Below are positions 28,399 to 37,602 of a stretch of DNA of 64,000 nt, in pieces. Where the stretch lies: positions 236,130-300,129 of the forward strand of contig CAUQDR010000001.1 in the NCBI GenBank assembly GCA_963517325.1. The letters are read 5' to 3'. Position 1 is the stretch's first letter. Every line of letters begins with the position of its first letter. The position numbers and the translations under genes were made by a program. This DNA is from an uncultured Candidatus Saccharibacteria bacterium. Lineage in GTDB: Bacteria; Patescibacteriota; Saccharimonadia; Saccharimonadales; Saccharimonadaceae. The notes below the pieces were generated by a model. That model was not told the DNA's origin. It ran no database searches and saw only the letters and a program-made list of their open reading frames with translations.

Positions 28399-28425
28399 TA
28401 AACTTATTGGTTCAGTGCAAATATA

Positions 28426-28434
28426 TGTTAAAAT
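28426..28434 (+). promoter_or_regulatory. extended -10 box TGTTAAAAT, 6 nt from ATG 28441 (leaderless)
   Basis: Sequence is tatgttaaaat-cgatgt-ATG. It diverges from the kinase promoter within a 58-nt intergenic region. Confidence 0.5.
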
Positions 28435-28440
28435 CGATGT

Positions 28441-30156
28441 ATGAATAAGGACACTTTTTACATCGAGCCTGAGGATGATATTACTGATATTATCAACCAT
28501 ATCAAAGCTTCCAAACAGAAAATTATTGCACTTGTTCCACCGAAAAAGTTGAACGTTCTGCGCAGCTCTATTAACCTTAAACTAATCGCTCGTACCGCAA
28601 AAATTCATGACAAAGCTATCGTGGTGGTCACCACTGATCCGACCCTCATGAAAATGGCGGCGCTTTCTAGTCTTCCTTTTGCCAAGAATCTAAACTCGCG
28701 CCCGACTTTGCCTTCTGAATTTAACGAAGCTGATCTGGAATATCCGGTCAAGGCCAAGAAATCCGGTCTGAATGAAGAAATCGAAATTAATGAAAAAGCC
28801 GCTTCGTCCGGTAGTGTTTCTCGTGTCCGCACTACTAATGAAGACACTACTAATCGTGCAAATGCCACCTCGAATCTGACGAAAAATTCGACTATGAATC
28901 TGGATTCCGAAGAAGTCGCGAAGAATTCTGAGGATGAAGAAGCGGATAATCAGACGAAAAAGATCCTCACTCTCGACTCATTGAAAAACCGTATTATTAT
29001 CGGTGTAGTGGCTGCGGTTCTTTTGATTGGAAGCTTCATCTGGGCTTTCATCTTGGCGCCTGCCGCTAAGATTTCCGTTAAAATTAAAACCATCGCCGAG
29101 AATTTCTCCGAAAATGTTTCTTTTGTGACTGATGCCAAGCAAGCCGTCTCGAAAGATGGTAAATTCTTCCTCGAAACCGCCAGTCTCGAGAAGAATTCTG
29201 AAGTTGAATTTGAGGCTACTGGTGAGAAAAATGTCGGAGATAAGGCTACCGGTGAATTACGCCTCATCGCTACCTTCGACATGTCGACCACCACTGCTAC
29301 GGCTTCTAGGCCAGATGTCGCAACTGTCCCCCAGGGTTCTGCCTTTGCCTACCGCAATCTCAATTTCTTAACCGACCAGGAGGTGAAGATTTCTTGGGAC
29401 GGCTCAATCTCGAATTGTGACGCCGGTCGCCACAGTGGTAAATGTCAGGTGGCCAAAACTGTGAAAGCTACCGCCATCGAAGGTGGTGCGAAATATAATA
29501 TTGAAGCCGTTAGCTCCGGCTGGCAATCTTCTGTGGCTGGAGTCGAAGGCTATGCTAATTCCGCATTTAAGGGCGGTACTGACAAGATTCAAAAAATTGT
29601 CACCGCTTCCGACATTTCTAAGGCTAAGGAAAAATTGACCGAAGCTGATGGCGCAAAGGAGGAATTATTCGAAAAAGTACCTTCTGACGATATTAAAATC
29701 GAAGATAGCTACAAAAAAGTTACCGCCGATCCTACTTCCAGTCCTGCCGTCGACCAGCCGACCGAGAATGGCAAAGCTAAACTCACGGCCAAAACTACTT
29801 ATAGTGTAAATTATGTCGATAAGACTGCCATTGAAGAATATGTTAAATCCGTGGTCTCTACTCGTCTGGGTAGCGATCAAAAAATTTATGAAACTGGCAA
29901 TATCTTCATCGAAAAATTCCAAAACAATAATAATTCTGCAATTGCTAAGATTAAGGCCACCTTGAAAACTGGTCCGGAAGTCACCGAACAATCTGTACTC
30001 GAAAAATCTCTCGGCAAAAAAGTTGGCGAAGTGACAACTTTAATTAAGTCCATCAATGGCGTATCTGATGTCGAAGTAAATACCTCCTTCCCATGGGTTC
30101 GTCAAATTCCAAACGACGCTAATAAAGTATCAATTAAAATCACGGTAGAGAACTAA
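28441..30156 (+). CDS. hypothetical single-pass membrane protein (cytoplasmic N-domain, large extracytoplasmic C-domain)
   Basis: 571 aa. TM IIIGVVAAVLLIGSFIWAFILAP at ~aa 190. No motif recognised. TAATG overlap with the next gene. Confidence 0.6.
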   Translation: MNKDTFYIEPEDDITDIINHIKASKQKIIALVPPKKLNVLRSSINLKLIARTAKIHDKAIVVVTTDPTLMKMAALSSLPFAKNLNSRPTLPSEFNEADLEYPVKAKKSGLNEEIEINEKAASSGSVSRVRTTNEDTTNRANATSNLTKNSTMNLDSEEVAKNSEDEEADNQTKKILTLDSLKNRIIIGVVAAVLLIGSFIWAFILAPAAKISVKIKTIAENFSENVSFVTDAKQAVSKDGKFFLETASLEKNSEVEFEATGEKNVGDKATGELRLIATFDMSTTTATASRPDVATVPQGSAFAYRNLNFLTDQEVKISWDGSISNCDAGRHSGKCQVAKTVKATAIEGGAKYNIEAVSSGWQSSVAGVEGYANSAFKGGTDKIQKIVTASDISKAKEKLTEADGAKEELFEKVPSDDIKIEDSYKKVTADPTSSPAVDQPTENGKAKLTAKTTYSVNYVDKTAIEEYVKSVVSTRLGSDQKIYETGNIFIEKFQNNNNSAIAKIKATLKTGPEVTEQSVLEKSLGKKVGEVTTLIKSINGVSDVEVNTSFPWVRQIPNDANKVSIKITVEN

Positions 30157-31913
30157 TGCGCATTATCGGTTTAGATGTGGGTACTAAGCGTATCGGCGTA
30201 GCGAAAGCGGACACTTCTGTTCGCATCGCTATTCCGAATGGATATGTCTTGGTCAATGGTCAGGAAATTCCAGAAATTCTTCGTATTGCCAGACTGAATG
30301 ATACGAATTTCTTCGTAGTGGGGCTACCTCGTAGTAATGATGGTAATGAAACAGCTCAATCCGCCTATGCGCGTAAATTTGCCGATACTCTCGCCGCCTC
30401 TATGCCAGGTGCCCGTATTTATTTTCAGGATGAATCGCTCACTTCTGTGGTGGCTGAGGAGCGTCTGAAAAAACGCAAAAAGAATTTTGAAAAAGGCGAA
30501 ATCGATGCTGAGGCCGCTAGCATTATTTTGCAAGATTTTATTGAACATTATGCCGCTAAGCTCGCTCAAAATTCTGCCAGTAAAATCCCGAATCAGCTAG
30601 TTAATACTACCACCAATATAAACCCATCTGCGAGTCCAGCTTCCACGCTCGGATCACCAGAAGTTCAATCTATTATTAATGAACCCACAAAGCCAGAACC
30701 AGATTCATCGGAGTCTCCCAGGCCAGATAGAAGTTTAGAAAAACCTATGAAAAAAGTTAAACGTATCTTACTTTCACTCTTTATCTTGCTATTTCTCGCT
30801 GGTCTATTTGGCGGTGGATATTATTGGTATTCCTTGCAGTCCGTCTCTTCCGCTAATTGTCGTTTTGATTCGGCTAAGGCCGCCTCTGAATCCAATGAAA
30901 AAGAGGCAGACTCTAATTGTGAGTATCAGACCATTGAGGTGACGGCTGGGGAATCCGTTAAGGAAATTGCCAATAGTCTCAAGCAAGCCGATTTGATTAG
31001 AAATCCTCTGGCTTTTGAGCTTTATGCTCGCATCAGTAACCTCCACGCCAAGTTAAAAGCTGGTAAATATAGCTTCCGTAAAACCATGTCAGCTCGTGCC
31101 ATCGCTAAACAATTAGTGAATGGGGTAGTCTCTTCTGATGTTTTTAATCTAACTATTCTACCAGGCACCAATCTCCTCGGAGATAAAGGCAAATCGCAGA
31201 CTGGCATCATTCATCAGTTCCGTACTCTGGGCTATTCCGAAGAGGAAATTAATCAAGCTCTCACTAAACATTATGACAATCCAGTCCTTAAGGGTCTCTA
31301 TGCTGACGAAAACAAACTCTCTAACCCGGATATTCCCGCGAAGTTAGCCCTTGAGGGATATCTCTATGGAGAAACTTATCAATTTTACAACCATGAAAAG
31401 CTCGAGAATGTTATTACGACGATTTTGAACCAATTTAACGACGTGGTAGTCTCCAATCAGCTAGAAGAAAAGTTTAAGGCTCGCGGCTTTACCTTACGCG
31501 AAGGTATTATTCTTGCTTCTATTATCCAAAAAGAGGCTAATACCGAAGATATGCCGGGTGTTTCTATGGTTTTTCAGAACCGTTTGAGGCAGGGAATCGC
31601 CCTGGGGTCTGATGTGACTGCGACTTATGCTGCCGACATTACTGGCATCGATCGTACTAATGCTACCAATGCTGATATTTTAGCTGTCAATAGTCTTTAC
31701 AATACTCGTAAGTTTCCGGGGCTACCTCCAGGCCCTATCGCCGTGCCTTCTAAGGCAGCACTTCTCGCGGTAGCTGAACCAGATAGCTCGAAAGCCTCTA
31801 TGCTTTATTTCTTGACAGGCGACGACGGTTTAATGTATTATAGTAGCACCGACGCTGAGCACAATCAGAAGATTCGCGACCACTGTCAGAAACTCTGTAA
31901 GGTGCAAATTTAG
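30156..31913 (+). CDS. fusion protein: YqgF/RuvX-like nuclease (N-terminal) + MltG/YceG endolytic transglycosylase (C-terminal)
   Basis: 585 aa. RuvX signature MRIIGLDVGTKRIGVAKAD...GLPRSNDGNET...DESLTS...IILQDF covers aa 1-135. A Pro/Ser linker follows, then TM ILLSLFILLFLAGLFGGGYYWY. The YceG motifs are LKAGKYSF, ASIIQKEA and NTRKFPGLPPGPIAVPS. Confidence 0.85.
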   Translation: MRIIGLDVGTKRIGVAKADTSVRIAIPNGYVLVNGQEIPEILRIARLNDTNFFVVGLPRSNDGNETAQSAYARKFADTLAASMPGARIYFQDESLTSVVAEERLKKRKKNFEKGEIDAEAASIILQDFIEHYAAKLAQNSASKIPNQLVNTTTNINPSASPASTLGSPEVQSIINEPTKPEPDSSESPRPDRSLEKPMKKVKRILLSLFILLFLAGLFGGGYYWYSLQSVSSANCRFDSAKAASESNEKEADSNCEYQTIEVTAGESVKEIANSLKQADLIRNPLAFELYARISNLHAKLKAGKYSFRKTMSARAIAKQLVNGVVSSDVFNLTILPGTNLLGDKGKSQTGIIHQFRTLGYSEEEINQALTKHYDNPVLKGLYADENKLSNPDIPAKLALEGYLYGETYQFYNHEKLENVITTILNQFNDVVVSNQLEEKFKARGFTLREGIILASIIQKEANTEDMPGVSMVFQNRLRQGIALGSDVTATYAADITGIDRTNATNADILAVNSLYNTRKFPGLPPGPIAVPSKAALLAVAEPDSSKASMLYFLTGDDGLMYYSSTDAEHNQKIRDHCQKLCKVQI

Positions 31914-31932
31914 GGGCAGCGACCGGCTAATT

Positions 31933-33060
31933 ATGACAAAGAAAAAACGATCACAATTTAGCTTAAATTACTTCCTCACCAAGATATTCCCGTACTTTGC
32001 TCTATCTGTTCTGATTTTTGGTGTGGCTTTTGTTGGTTCCAAAGATAAACAGCAGTCCGACGATAATTCCAGCCCTAATCTGGAATCCATTTCTAAAAAA
32101 GATTATGCAGTTTCTGCTGACCAACTTTCAGAATTCTATATGGTGTCTGAGCTCGCTGACACTATGAGTTTAGCCTCCTCTGATGTGCTTAACGTAAACT
32201 ATAACTCCTTTACTGTACTTCAGCAGTCCGGTCAGGCTTCTGTTGAAAAAATGGAAAAGCCGACTACTTTGAATCTTGCCGCCTGTGCTAAGGTTGGCGT
32301 AATCAAGCATGTCATGACCGAAGGTGAGACTCTCGATACTTTAGCTGCCAAATACGCTTCCTGTGGTGTCGATATCAATATGATTCGTTGGTCGAACAAA
32401 TTTAAGGCTTCCTATGTGCCGAAAGTGGGCGAATCGATCTATATTCCGTCCCGTGCTGGTATCGTTTACACAGTGAAATCTGGCGAAACTGTCGCCTCTA
32501 TTGCCGAAAAATATAAATCTTCCGCTGATGAAATTATTACCTCAAACAACCTTGAGCTAGATCAGACTCTTGTTGAAGGTCAGGCTATTTTACTACCGAA
32601 CGGTGAATTGCCGGATAAGGAGCGTCCTGATTATGTGGCACCCGTCGTACGTTCCACTTCTTCTTATTCTGGCAGCTCATCCTATTCAGTTTCTTCATAT
32701 CGTACTTATTCTACTTCCAGAAACCCAATGCCATGGGGTTGGTGTACTTGGTATACCTGGGAACGTCGTGCTGCTATGGGCTCTAGTCACATTCTGCCGG
32801 GCGGTCTCGGTAACGCTAATACTTGGGGCTATGCACTTTCTGGTCTCTTCCCAACTAGTCGCGGCACCAACCCGCAAGCCGGCGATATTTTCCAGACCAA
32901 CAGTGGTTATTATGGCCACGTCGGCATCGTGGACTCCGTAAACGCCGACGGTACGATCACGATTTCCGACATGAACGGTCGTGCTGGTTGGGGTGTGGTC
33001 GGTTCTTACACTATTGGCCCAAGCGAGTACGCTAAATATCTCTTTATTCACGGTCGCTAA
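31933..33060 (+). CDS. peptidoglycan hydrolase with two LysM domains and a C-terminal CHAP domain
   Basis: 375 aa. N-terminal TM. LysM-like HVMTEGETLDTLAAKY and YTVKSGETVASIAEKY. CHAP Cys region WGWCTWYTW and His region GHVGIVDSV. Confidence 0.85.
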   Translation: MTKKKRSQFSLNYFLTKIFPYFALSVLIFGVAFVGSKDKQQSDDNSSPNLESISKKDYAVSADQLSEFYMVSELADTMSLASSDVLNVNYNSFTVLQQSGQASVEKMEKPTTLNLAACAKVGVIKHVMTEGETLDTLAAKYASCGVDINMIRWSNKFKASYVPKVGESIYIPSRAGIVYTVKSGETVASIAEKYKSSADEIITSNNLELDQTLVEGQAILLPNGELPDKERPDYVAPVVRSTSSYSGSSSYSVSSYRTYSTSRNPMPWGWCTWYTWERRAAMGSSHILPGGLGNANTWGYALSGLFPTSRGTNPQAGDIFQTNSGYYGHVGIVDSVNADGTITISDMNGRAGWGVVGSYTIGPSEYAKYLFIHGR

Positions 33061-33130
33061 AATATTTCCTTCTGTCAATTAGAAGGAAATATTATCTTAC
33101 TTAAATCAAGCTGTATTAGTATGGTGTTTA

Positions 33131-33139
33131 TGCTAATAT
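33131..33139 (+). promoter_or_regulatory. extended -10 box TGCTAATAT, 6 nt from ATG 33146 (leaderless)
   Basis: Sequence is tttatgctaatat-cggaat-ATG. Confidence 0.5.
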
Positions 33140-33145
33140 CGGAAT

Positions 33146-34999
33146 ATGGAGAGAATTTGGCAAAAACTGCGAATTATTTATTGTTTTTTCATAGAGAAAC
33201 GAGTTATTTTACTCGGTTTTTTGTGTCTTTTATCTGCTATTATTTCTAATAGTGTTCTTACCTATACTAGTTTTGCAGTCGACCCAACTTTAACTGCTTC
33301 TCTCGACAAGGAAAACCTTGATTTTGATTTCTCTGGATCAGATTTGATTAATGAAGTTTCTCTCAGTAAACTATCCAAGCTTTCTGTGAAAACTAATGCC
33401 CGAGCTGGCTATACCGTCACTCTCAGTGCTTCATCCGATGAGACGGATTTGAAAAACACGAATACCGCACTTTCGACTAAAGTTTCTTCTATTGCTTCTG
33501 CCGATACTAGTTTATCCGCCAATACTTGGGGTTACCAGACGGACACGGGGACAAACTATAACGCTATACCGAAATTGTCTGAACCAAAAACCATTGCTCA
33601 GACTAACCAAAAATCCGAAAGCCAAGCTACACATCTTTTGCGTCTTGCAGTTAAAGTGGGTGAAAACCTAATGCCAGGGACTTATAAAAATAGCTTGGTT
33701 TATTCTGTGATTGCAAATCCTTATGAATTAGCCGCGCATTTGGTTAATGGTCTAGATTTTAATACTATGGTAAAATCCGTATCTTCAGGTGGTACGAACA
33801 TTAAGCAATTTGCTCGAAGTGCCACTCCTCCAGCGGCTGGCGTAGATGTCCGCGAAGTTAGTAATCCTGACAAAAGTGACTGTGATATAAAAATCTGGTA
33901 TCAAGCAGACACTTTTACTCTGTATTATTATACCGAAGCTGACAAAATCTATTTTCACGAAGATAGTTCGCGTGCTTTTAAAAATCTCAGTGGACTTCAA
34001 GTCCTAAATTTAAATGATTTTGACGCCAGTTACACTAAAAATATGACTGAAATGTTTTCTGGCTTAGAAAAAGTCTATAATATTGATACTTCTGGTCTCA
34101 ATGCAAAAAGCGTGACGAATATGGCTGGGATATTTGGCTATAATGCACGTACTTCTCATATCTCATTTAATGGTTTTAATACTGAAAATGTTACTGATAT
34201 GTCACGTATGTTTGAAGGTTGTACTGATTTAACCAGTGTTGACTTCTCAAACATCAATACCAAAAATGTCACGACTATGCGCTATATGTTTAGGCGTGCA
34301 ACTAAACTTGGTGCTATTATTTTAGAAAAATTTGACACTTCGAACGTTGTAGATATGTACGGAATGTTTAGTAACATGACCGCACTCCATCAAATAGTAG
34401 GACTGAATAAATTCAATACGGAAAAAGTTGAAAACATGGACGGTATGTTTTGGAACTGTACGTCATTAGGAACCTTAGATTTGTCTAGTTTTAGGACTCC
34501 GAAGCTCAAGATTATGAGAGCAATGTTCTATGGTATGAGTGGTCTTATGAGTATCAATCTATCTACCTTTGATACTAGTAATGTAACGAATATGTCCTCC
34601 CTCTTTGAAGGCGTCTCACGTTTAACTGAACTAGACTTAAGTAGTTTCCATACCGAAAATGTGGAAACTATGGAGAGAATGTTTGCATTGATGCCGGCTA
34701 TTCAAGTAATTCACATTGATAACTTTAAAACTCCAAAACTCACTAATGTCACTGAACTCTTTTCGAGGTTTGATCCAGGGGTAGCAATGGGGGCAACGGG
34801 TAGTGATCAACTTGAAAGAATCTATTGTAATGAGGATTTTGATGTTTCTAATATTACGCCGCAAGGAGGCGCAAGGATTTTTGCTGGACGCCGCAAAGTC
34901 AGAGATCATGTTGGACCACAGATGCTAACATTTAAAGATAAAACTTGGCTGCGTATTGGAGAGAGCAGCAAGCGAAGAGGAGCCTTTACGAAACCATAA
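33146..34999 (+). CDS. DUF285/BspA-like repeat surface protein, paralogue 2
   Basis: 617 aa. Signal/TM. The N-domain carries NARAGYTVTLS, NTWGYQT and GTYKNSLVYSVIANPY. About ten DUF285 repeats follow (FNTENVTDMSRMF etc.). Confidence 0.85.
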   Translation: MERIWQKLRIIYCFFIEKRVILLGFLCLLSAIISNSVLTYTSFAVDPTLTASLDKENLDFDFSGSDLINEVSLSKLSKLSVKTNARAGYTVTLSASSDETDLKNTNTALSTKVSSIASADTSLSANTWGYQTDTGTNYNAIPKLSEPKTIAQTNQKSESQATHLLRLAVKVGENLMPGTYKNSLVYSVIANPYELAAHLVNGLDFNTMVKSVSSGGTNIKQFARSATPPAAGVDVREVSNPDKSDCDIKIWYQADTFTLYYYTEADKIYFHEDSSRAFKNLSGLQVLNLNDFDASYTKNMTEMFSGLEKVYNIDTSGLNAKSVTNMAGIFGYNARTSHISFNGFNTENVTDMSRMFEGCTDLTSVDFSNINTKNVTTMRYMFRRATKLGAIILEKFDTSNVVDMYGMFSNMTALHQIVGLNKFNTEKVENMDGMFWNCTSLGTLDLSSFRTPKLKIMRAMFYGMSGLMSINLSTFDTSNVTNMSSLFEGVSRLTELDLSSFHTENVETMERMFALMPAIQVIHIDNFKTPKLTNVTELFSRFDPGVAMGATGSDQLERIYCNEDFDVSNITPQGGARIFAGRRKVRDHVGPQMLTFKDKTWLRIGESSKRRGAFTKP

Positions 35000-35092
35000 A
35001 GTCTACTTTATTAGAAAACCTTAGAAAGGTATGCGATATTCTTCCTGCTTATGCTGTATTTTTCCACCAAAATATATTAAAATATCTCTAAT

Positions 35093-36421
35093 ATGTTCTG
35101 TGATACGGCAAAAGTGAGTTTGAAAGCTGGTAAAGGTGGCGATGGCGCCGTCTCTTTTCGCCATGAAATTTACATCAATAAGGGTGGTCCAGATGGCGGT
35201 AACGGCGGTAAAGGTGGCTCTATTATCTTTCAAGCTGATAAAGATACGAATACTTTAATTGATTTTCGTTTCAATCCAATTCTCACCGCTCCAGACGGCG
35301 GCAATGGTTCCGGCACTCGCAGTAATGGCCGCTCCGGTAAGAACCTCATCGTTGAAGTTCCAGTCGGCACTGTGGTGAAGCGTGATGGCAAAATCATTGC
35401 CGACCTCACCGAAGATGGTATGCAAGCCGTAATTGCTAAAGGTGGCGACGGTGGTTTCGGTAATGCTCACTTTAAGTCTAGTGTGCGTCAAACTCCGGTG
35501 ATTGCCGAAGTCGGTGAACCAGGCGATGCTTTTGAAGCTGAAATTGAATTAAAACTTCTCGCTGATGTCGGTCTGGTGGGTCTACCAAACGCTGGTAAGT
35601 CGACTTTTCTCACTAGTGTTACTAATGCCAAGCCAGAAATTGCTGATTATGCTTTTACTACGCTCACTCCAAACCTCGGTGTAGCTACCATCGATCGTCA
35701 TGACCTCCTGATTGCGGATATTCCAGGTCTTATCGAAGGCGCCAGCGACGGACGTGGTCTCGGTCATGACTTCTTGCGTCACGTCGATCGCACCGCTGTT
35801 TTGCTCCATCTCATCGATGTTTATCAAGATGATGCCGGTCAAGCTTACTCAACGATTCGTGGTGAATTGGAAAAATATTCTGATCTCAAATCTCGCACTG
35901 AAATCGTCGCCCTGACTAAATGCGAAGGTCTAGATGACGAGCTTATCGAAATGCAAAAACAGGCAATTCTTGAAAAAAATCCCGAAGCCAAAATTTTTGC
36001 TATTTCTTCTGTGGCCAAGAAAAACCTCGACGACCTACTTCGCGCTCTGCTCGCGGCCGTGAAAGAGAATCAAAAACAACAGGAAATTACCGCTGAGCAA
36101 ATTGGTGCTAAACCAGTTGAATTTAAAACTGCGGTTATTTCACATCATGAATCAGAAATCCCAACTATCTCTCTCAGTCACCATGAACTGAAAAAAGCTT
36201 GGCAGGTTACACAGGATGAAAAGGGTATCTACCATGTCACTGGTGAAAAAATTGAAAGATTTGCTCGTCGCACTGATCTTTCGAATTACGCTTCGGTTAA
36301 CCGCTTGCGTGATATTATGAAAAAACTTGGTATTCGTGCTGAGCTCACTACTCGTGGTGCTAAGGCGGATTCAATTATTGAAATCTCAGGAAAACATTTC
36401 ACTCTCGTCGAAGATTATTAA
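35093..36421 (+). CDS. obg: GTPase Obg/CgtA
   Basis: 442 aa. Gly-rich Obg fold (KAGKGGDGAVSFRHE, GGNGGKGG). G1 GLPNAGKST, G3 DIPGLIEGA, and a C-terminal OCT-like domain. Confidence 0.95.
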   Translation: MFCDTAKVSLKAGKGGDGAVSFRHEIYINKGGPDGGNGGKGGSIIFQADKDTNTLIDFRFNPILTAPDGGNGSGTRSNGRSGKNLIVEVPVGTVVKRDGKIIADLTEDGMQAVIAKGGDGGFGNAHFKSSVRQTPVIAEVGEPGDAFEAEIELKLLADVGLVGLPNAGKSTFLTSVTNAKPEIADYAFTTLTPNLGVATIDRHDLLIADIPGLIEGASDGRGLGHDFLRHVDRTAVLLHLIDVYQDDAGQAYSTIRGELEKYSDLKSRTEIVALTKCEGLDDELIEMQKQAILEKNPEAKIFAISSVAKKNLDDLLRALLAAVKENQKQQEITAEQIGAKPVEFKTAVISHHESEIPTISLSHHELKKAWQVTQDEKGIYHVTGEKIERFARRTDLSNYASVNRLRDIMKKLGIRAELTTRGAKADSIIEISGKHFTLVEDY

Positions 36422-36541
36422 AATTCCCGGCAAAACACTTGCTTTTGTCGAAGACTACTAAAATCCCAGATAAATATTTTACTTTTATCGAAGACTTCTA
36501 AAATTCCTAGCAAATATTTCACTCTCTCTGAAGATTACTAA
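36382..36541 (+). repeat. four exact-period 40-nt tandem repeats; copy 1 is the last 40 nt of obg including its TAA
   Basis: Copies are at 36382-36421, 36422-36461, 36462-36501 and 36502-36541. Each ends gaaga(c/t)t(a/t)(c/t)taa. A fifth, partial copy merges into the terminator. Confidence 0.85.
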
Positions 36542-36548
36542 ACCCATG

Positions 36549-36576
36549 AAAAATATCCTCTTTCGAGGATATTTTT
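36549..36576 (+). terminator. intrinsic terminator after obg and its repeat array
   Basis: Sequence aaaaatatcctc-tttc-gaggatattttt, a 12-bp stem. Confidence 0.7.
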
Positions 36577-36769
36577 GCTGATGCGCGCCCACCCTAGGGC
36601 ACATTGGTTTGTTTTAATCCGTATTTTTTGTTTTTAATGAAATCTCCACACTCCACTAATTGCATAATGGAACCCTGTGAAGCGTATCAGCTTATGTTTA
36701 TCATATCGGTTACGCTCTCTAATGTCAAGAGGAAAACATAAGAATTTAGTCACCTGGTTAAAATTCTAG

Positions 36770-36803
36770 AAAAAACCATAAAAAAGACCAGCTTTTGCTG
36801 GCC
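36770..36803 (-). terminator. intrinsic terminator of the coiled-coil gene pair
   Basis: The minus strand reads ggccagc-aaaa-gctggtc followed by ttttttatggtttttt. Confidence 0.65.
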
Positions 36804-36860
36804 TTTTGGGTAATATCCCGAGATTAGTCGGTGTCGAAATTGTAGCAATCATAAGTCGAT

Positions 36861-37571
36861 TCATTTTTTCTGCAACTTAGCGAGCGCTTCGGTTACCGAT
36901 TTTTCCTCATCAATTAACTGATTGAGGGCTAGATTCGTTTTATCAAGTTCCTCATTTGCAGCAGCTCGTTTTTCGGTATGATTATTATGCTCTTCGCTGC
37001 AATAATCTAGCTTGAGGTCGCAATAATTAAGCTTATCCTGAAGATGCTCTAATTCATCTCGTGATGGCTTCGACTTTTCTTCATAAATCTCTGCCTCGAC
37101 ATTCATTCTGTCAATCACCATCTCAGATTGTTCGGACAGAACCTTGCTATATCTCGCTTCGATTATATTCAGAATTTTCGAATACGGCGCAATTTCGCCA
37201 GTCGGACCAGCCGTGCTGACCACTCCGAGTGTGTCTCTGAGGTAGTTAATTAGCTCCATCAGAAAATCAGTTTCTTCTCGGAACTTTTCCGAGTATAGAA
37301 TCGTCGCTCCATACGCTTTGAGCAATTCTTCAAGATGGTGTGTATCGCGGAAACCTTTCTCGTTCGACTCATCGGTTAGGCGATTAACAGATTCTCTGAG
37401 ACTGGATTGATAATTTTTATAGAAGTCTACAGCAAATGAAAGGTTATTCTCATCCCCTTCACATTCAATAAATTTATTTAACGCTTCGATGCAGGCATTT
37501 CGCCTTGGCTCCATCTCTTCTTGCAGTGCAAGTTGCCGTGCCTCAAGTTCCTCGATACGTTTTTGATTCAT
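36861..37571 (-). CDS. coiled-coil hypothetical protein (paralogue A); ATG 37571 preferred over GTG 37580
   Basis: Heptad-rich sequence MNQKRIEELEARQLALQEEMEPRRNACIEAL.... SD AAAGGTGG lies 6 nt upstream of ATG 37571. Confidence 0.55.
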   Translation of the reverse strand: MNQKRIEELEARQLALQEEMEPRRNACIEALNKFIECEGDENNLSFAVDFYKNYQSSLRESVNRLTDESNEKGFRDTHHLEELLKAYGATILYSEKFREETDFLMELINYLRDTLGVVSTAGPTGEIAPYSKILNIIEARYSKVLSEQSEMVIDRMNVEAEIYEEKSKPSRDELEHLQDKLNYCDLKLDYCSEEHNNHTEKRAAANEELDKTNLALNQLIDEEKSVTEALAKLQKK

Positions 37572-37602
37572 AATACCCACCTTTCTAAAAACAAAACAAA
37601 AA

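Noticed and set aside
36382-36541. obg-tail 40-nt repeats as a mini CRISPR array
   Set aside because: The copies are contiguous with no spacers, are degenerate, and derive from the coding 3' end. No cas genes are in the window.
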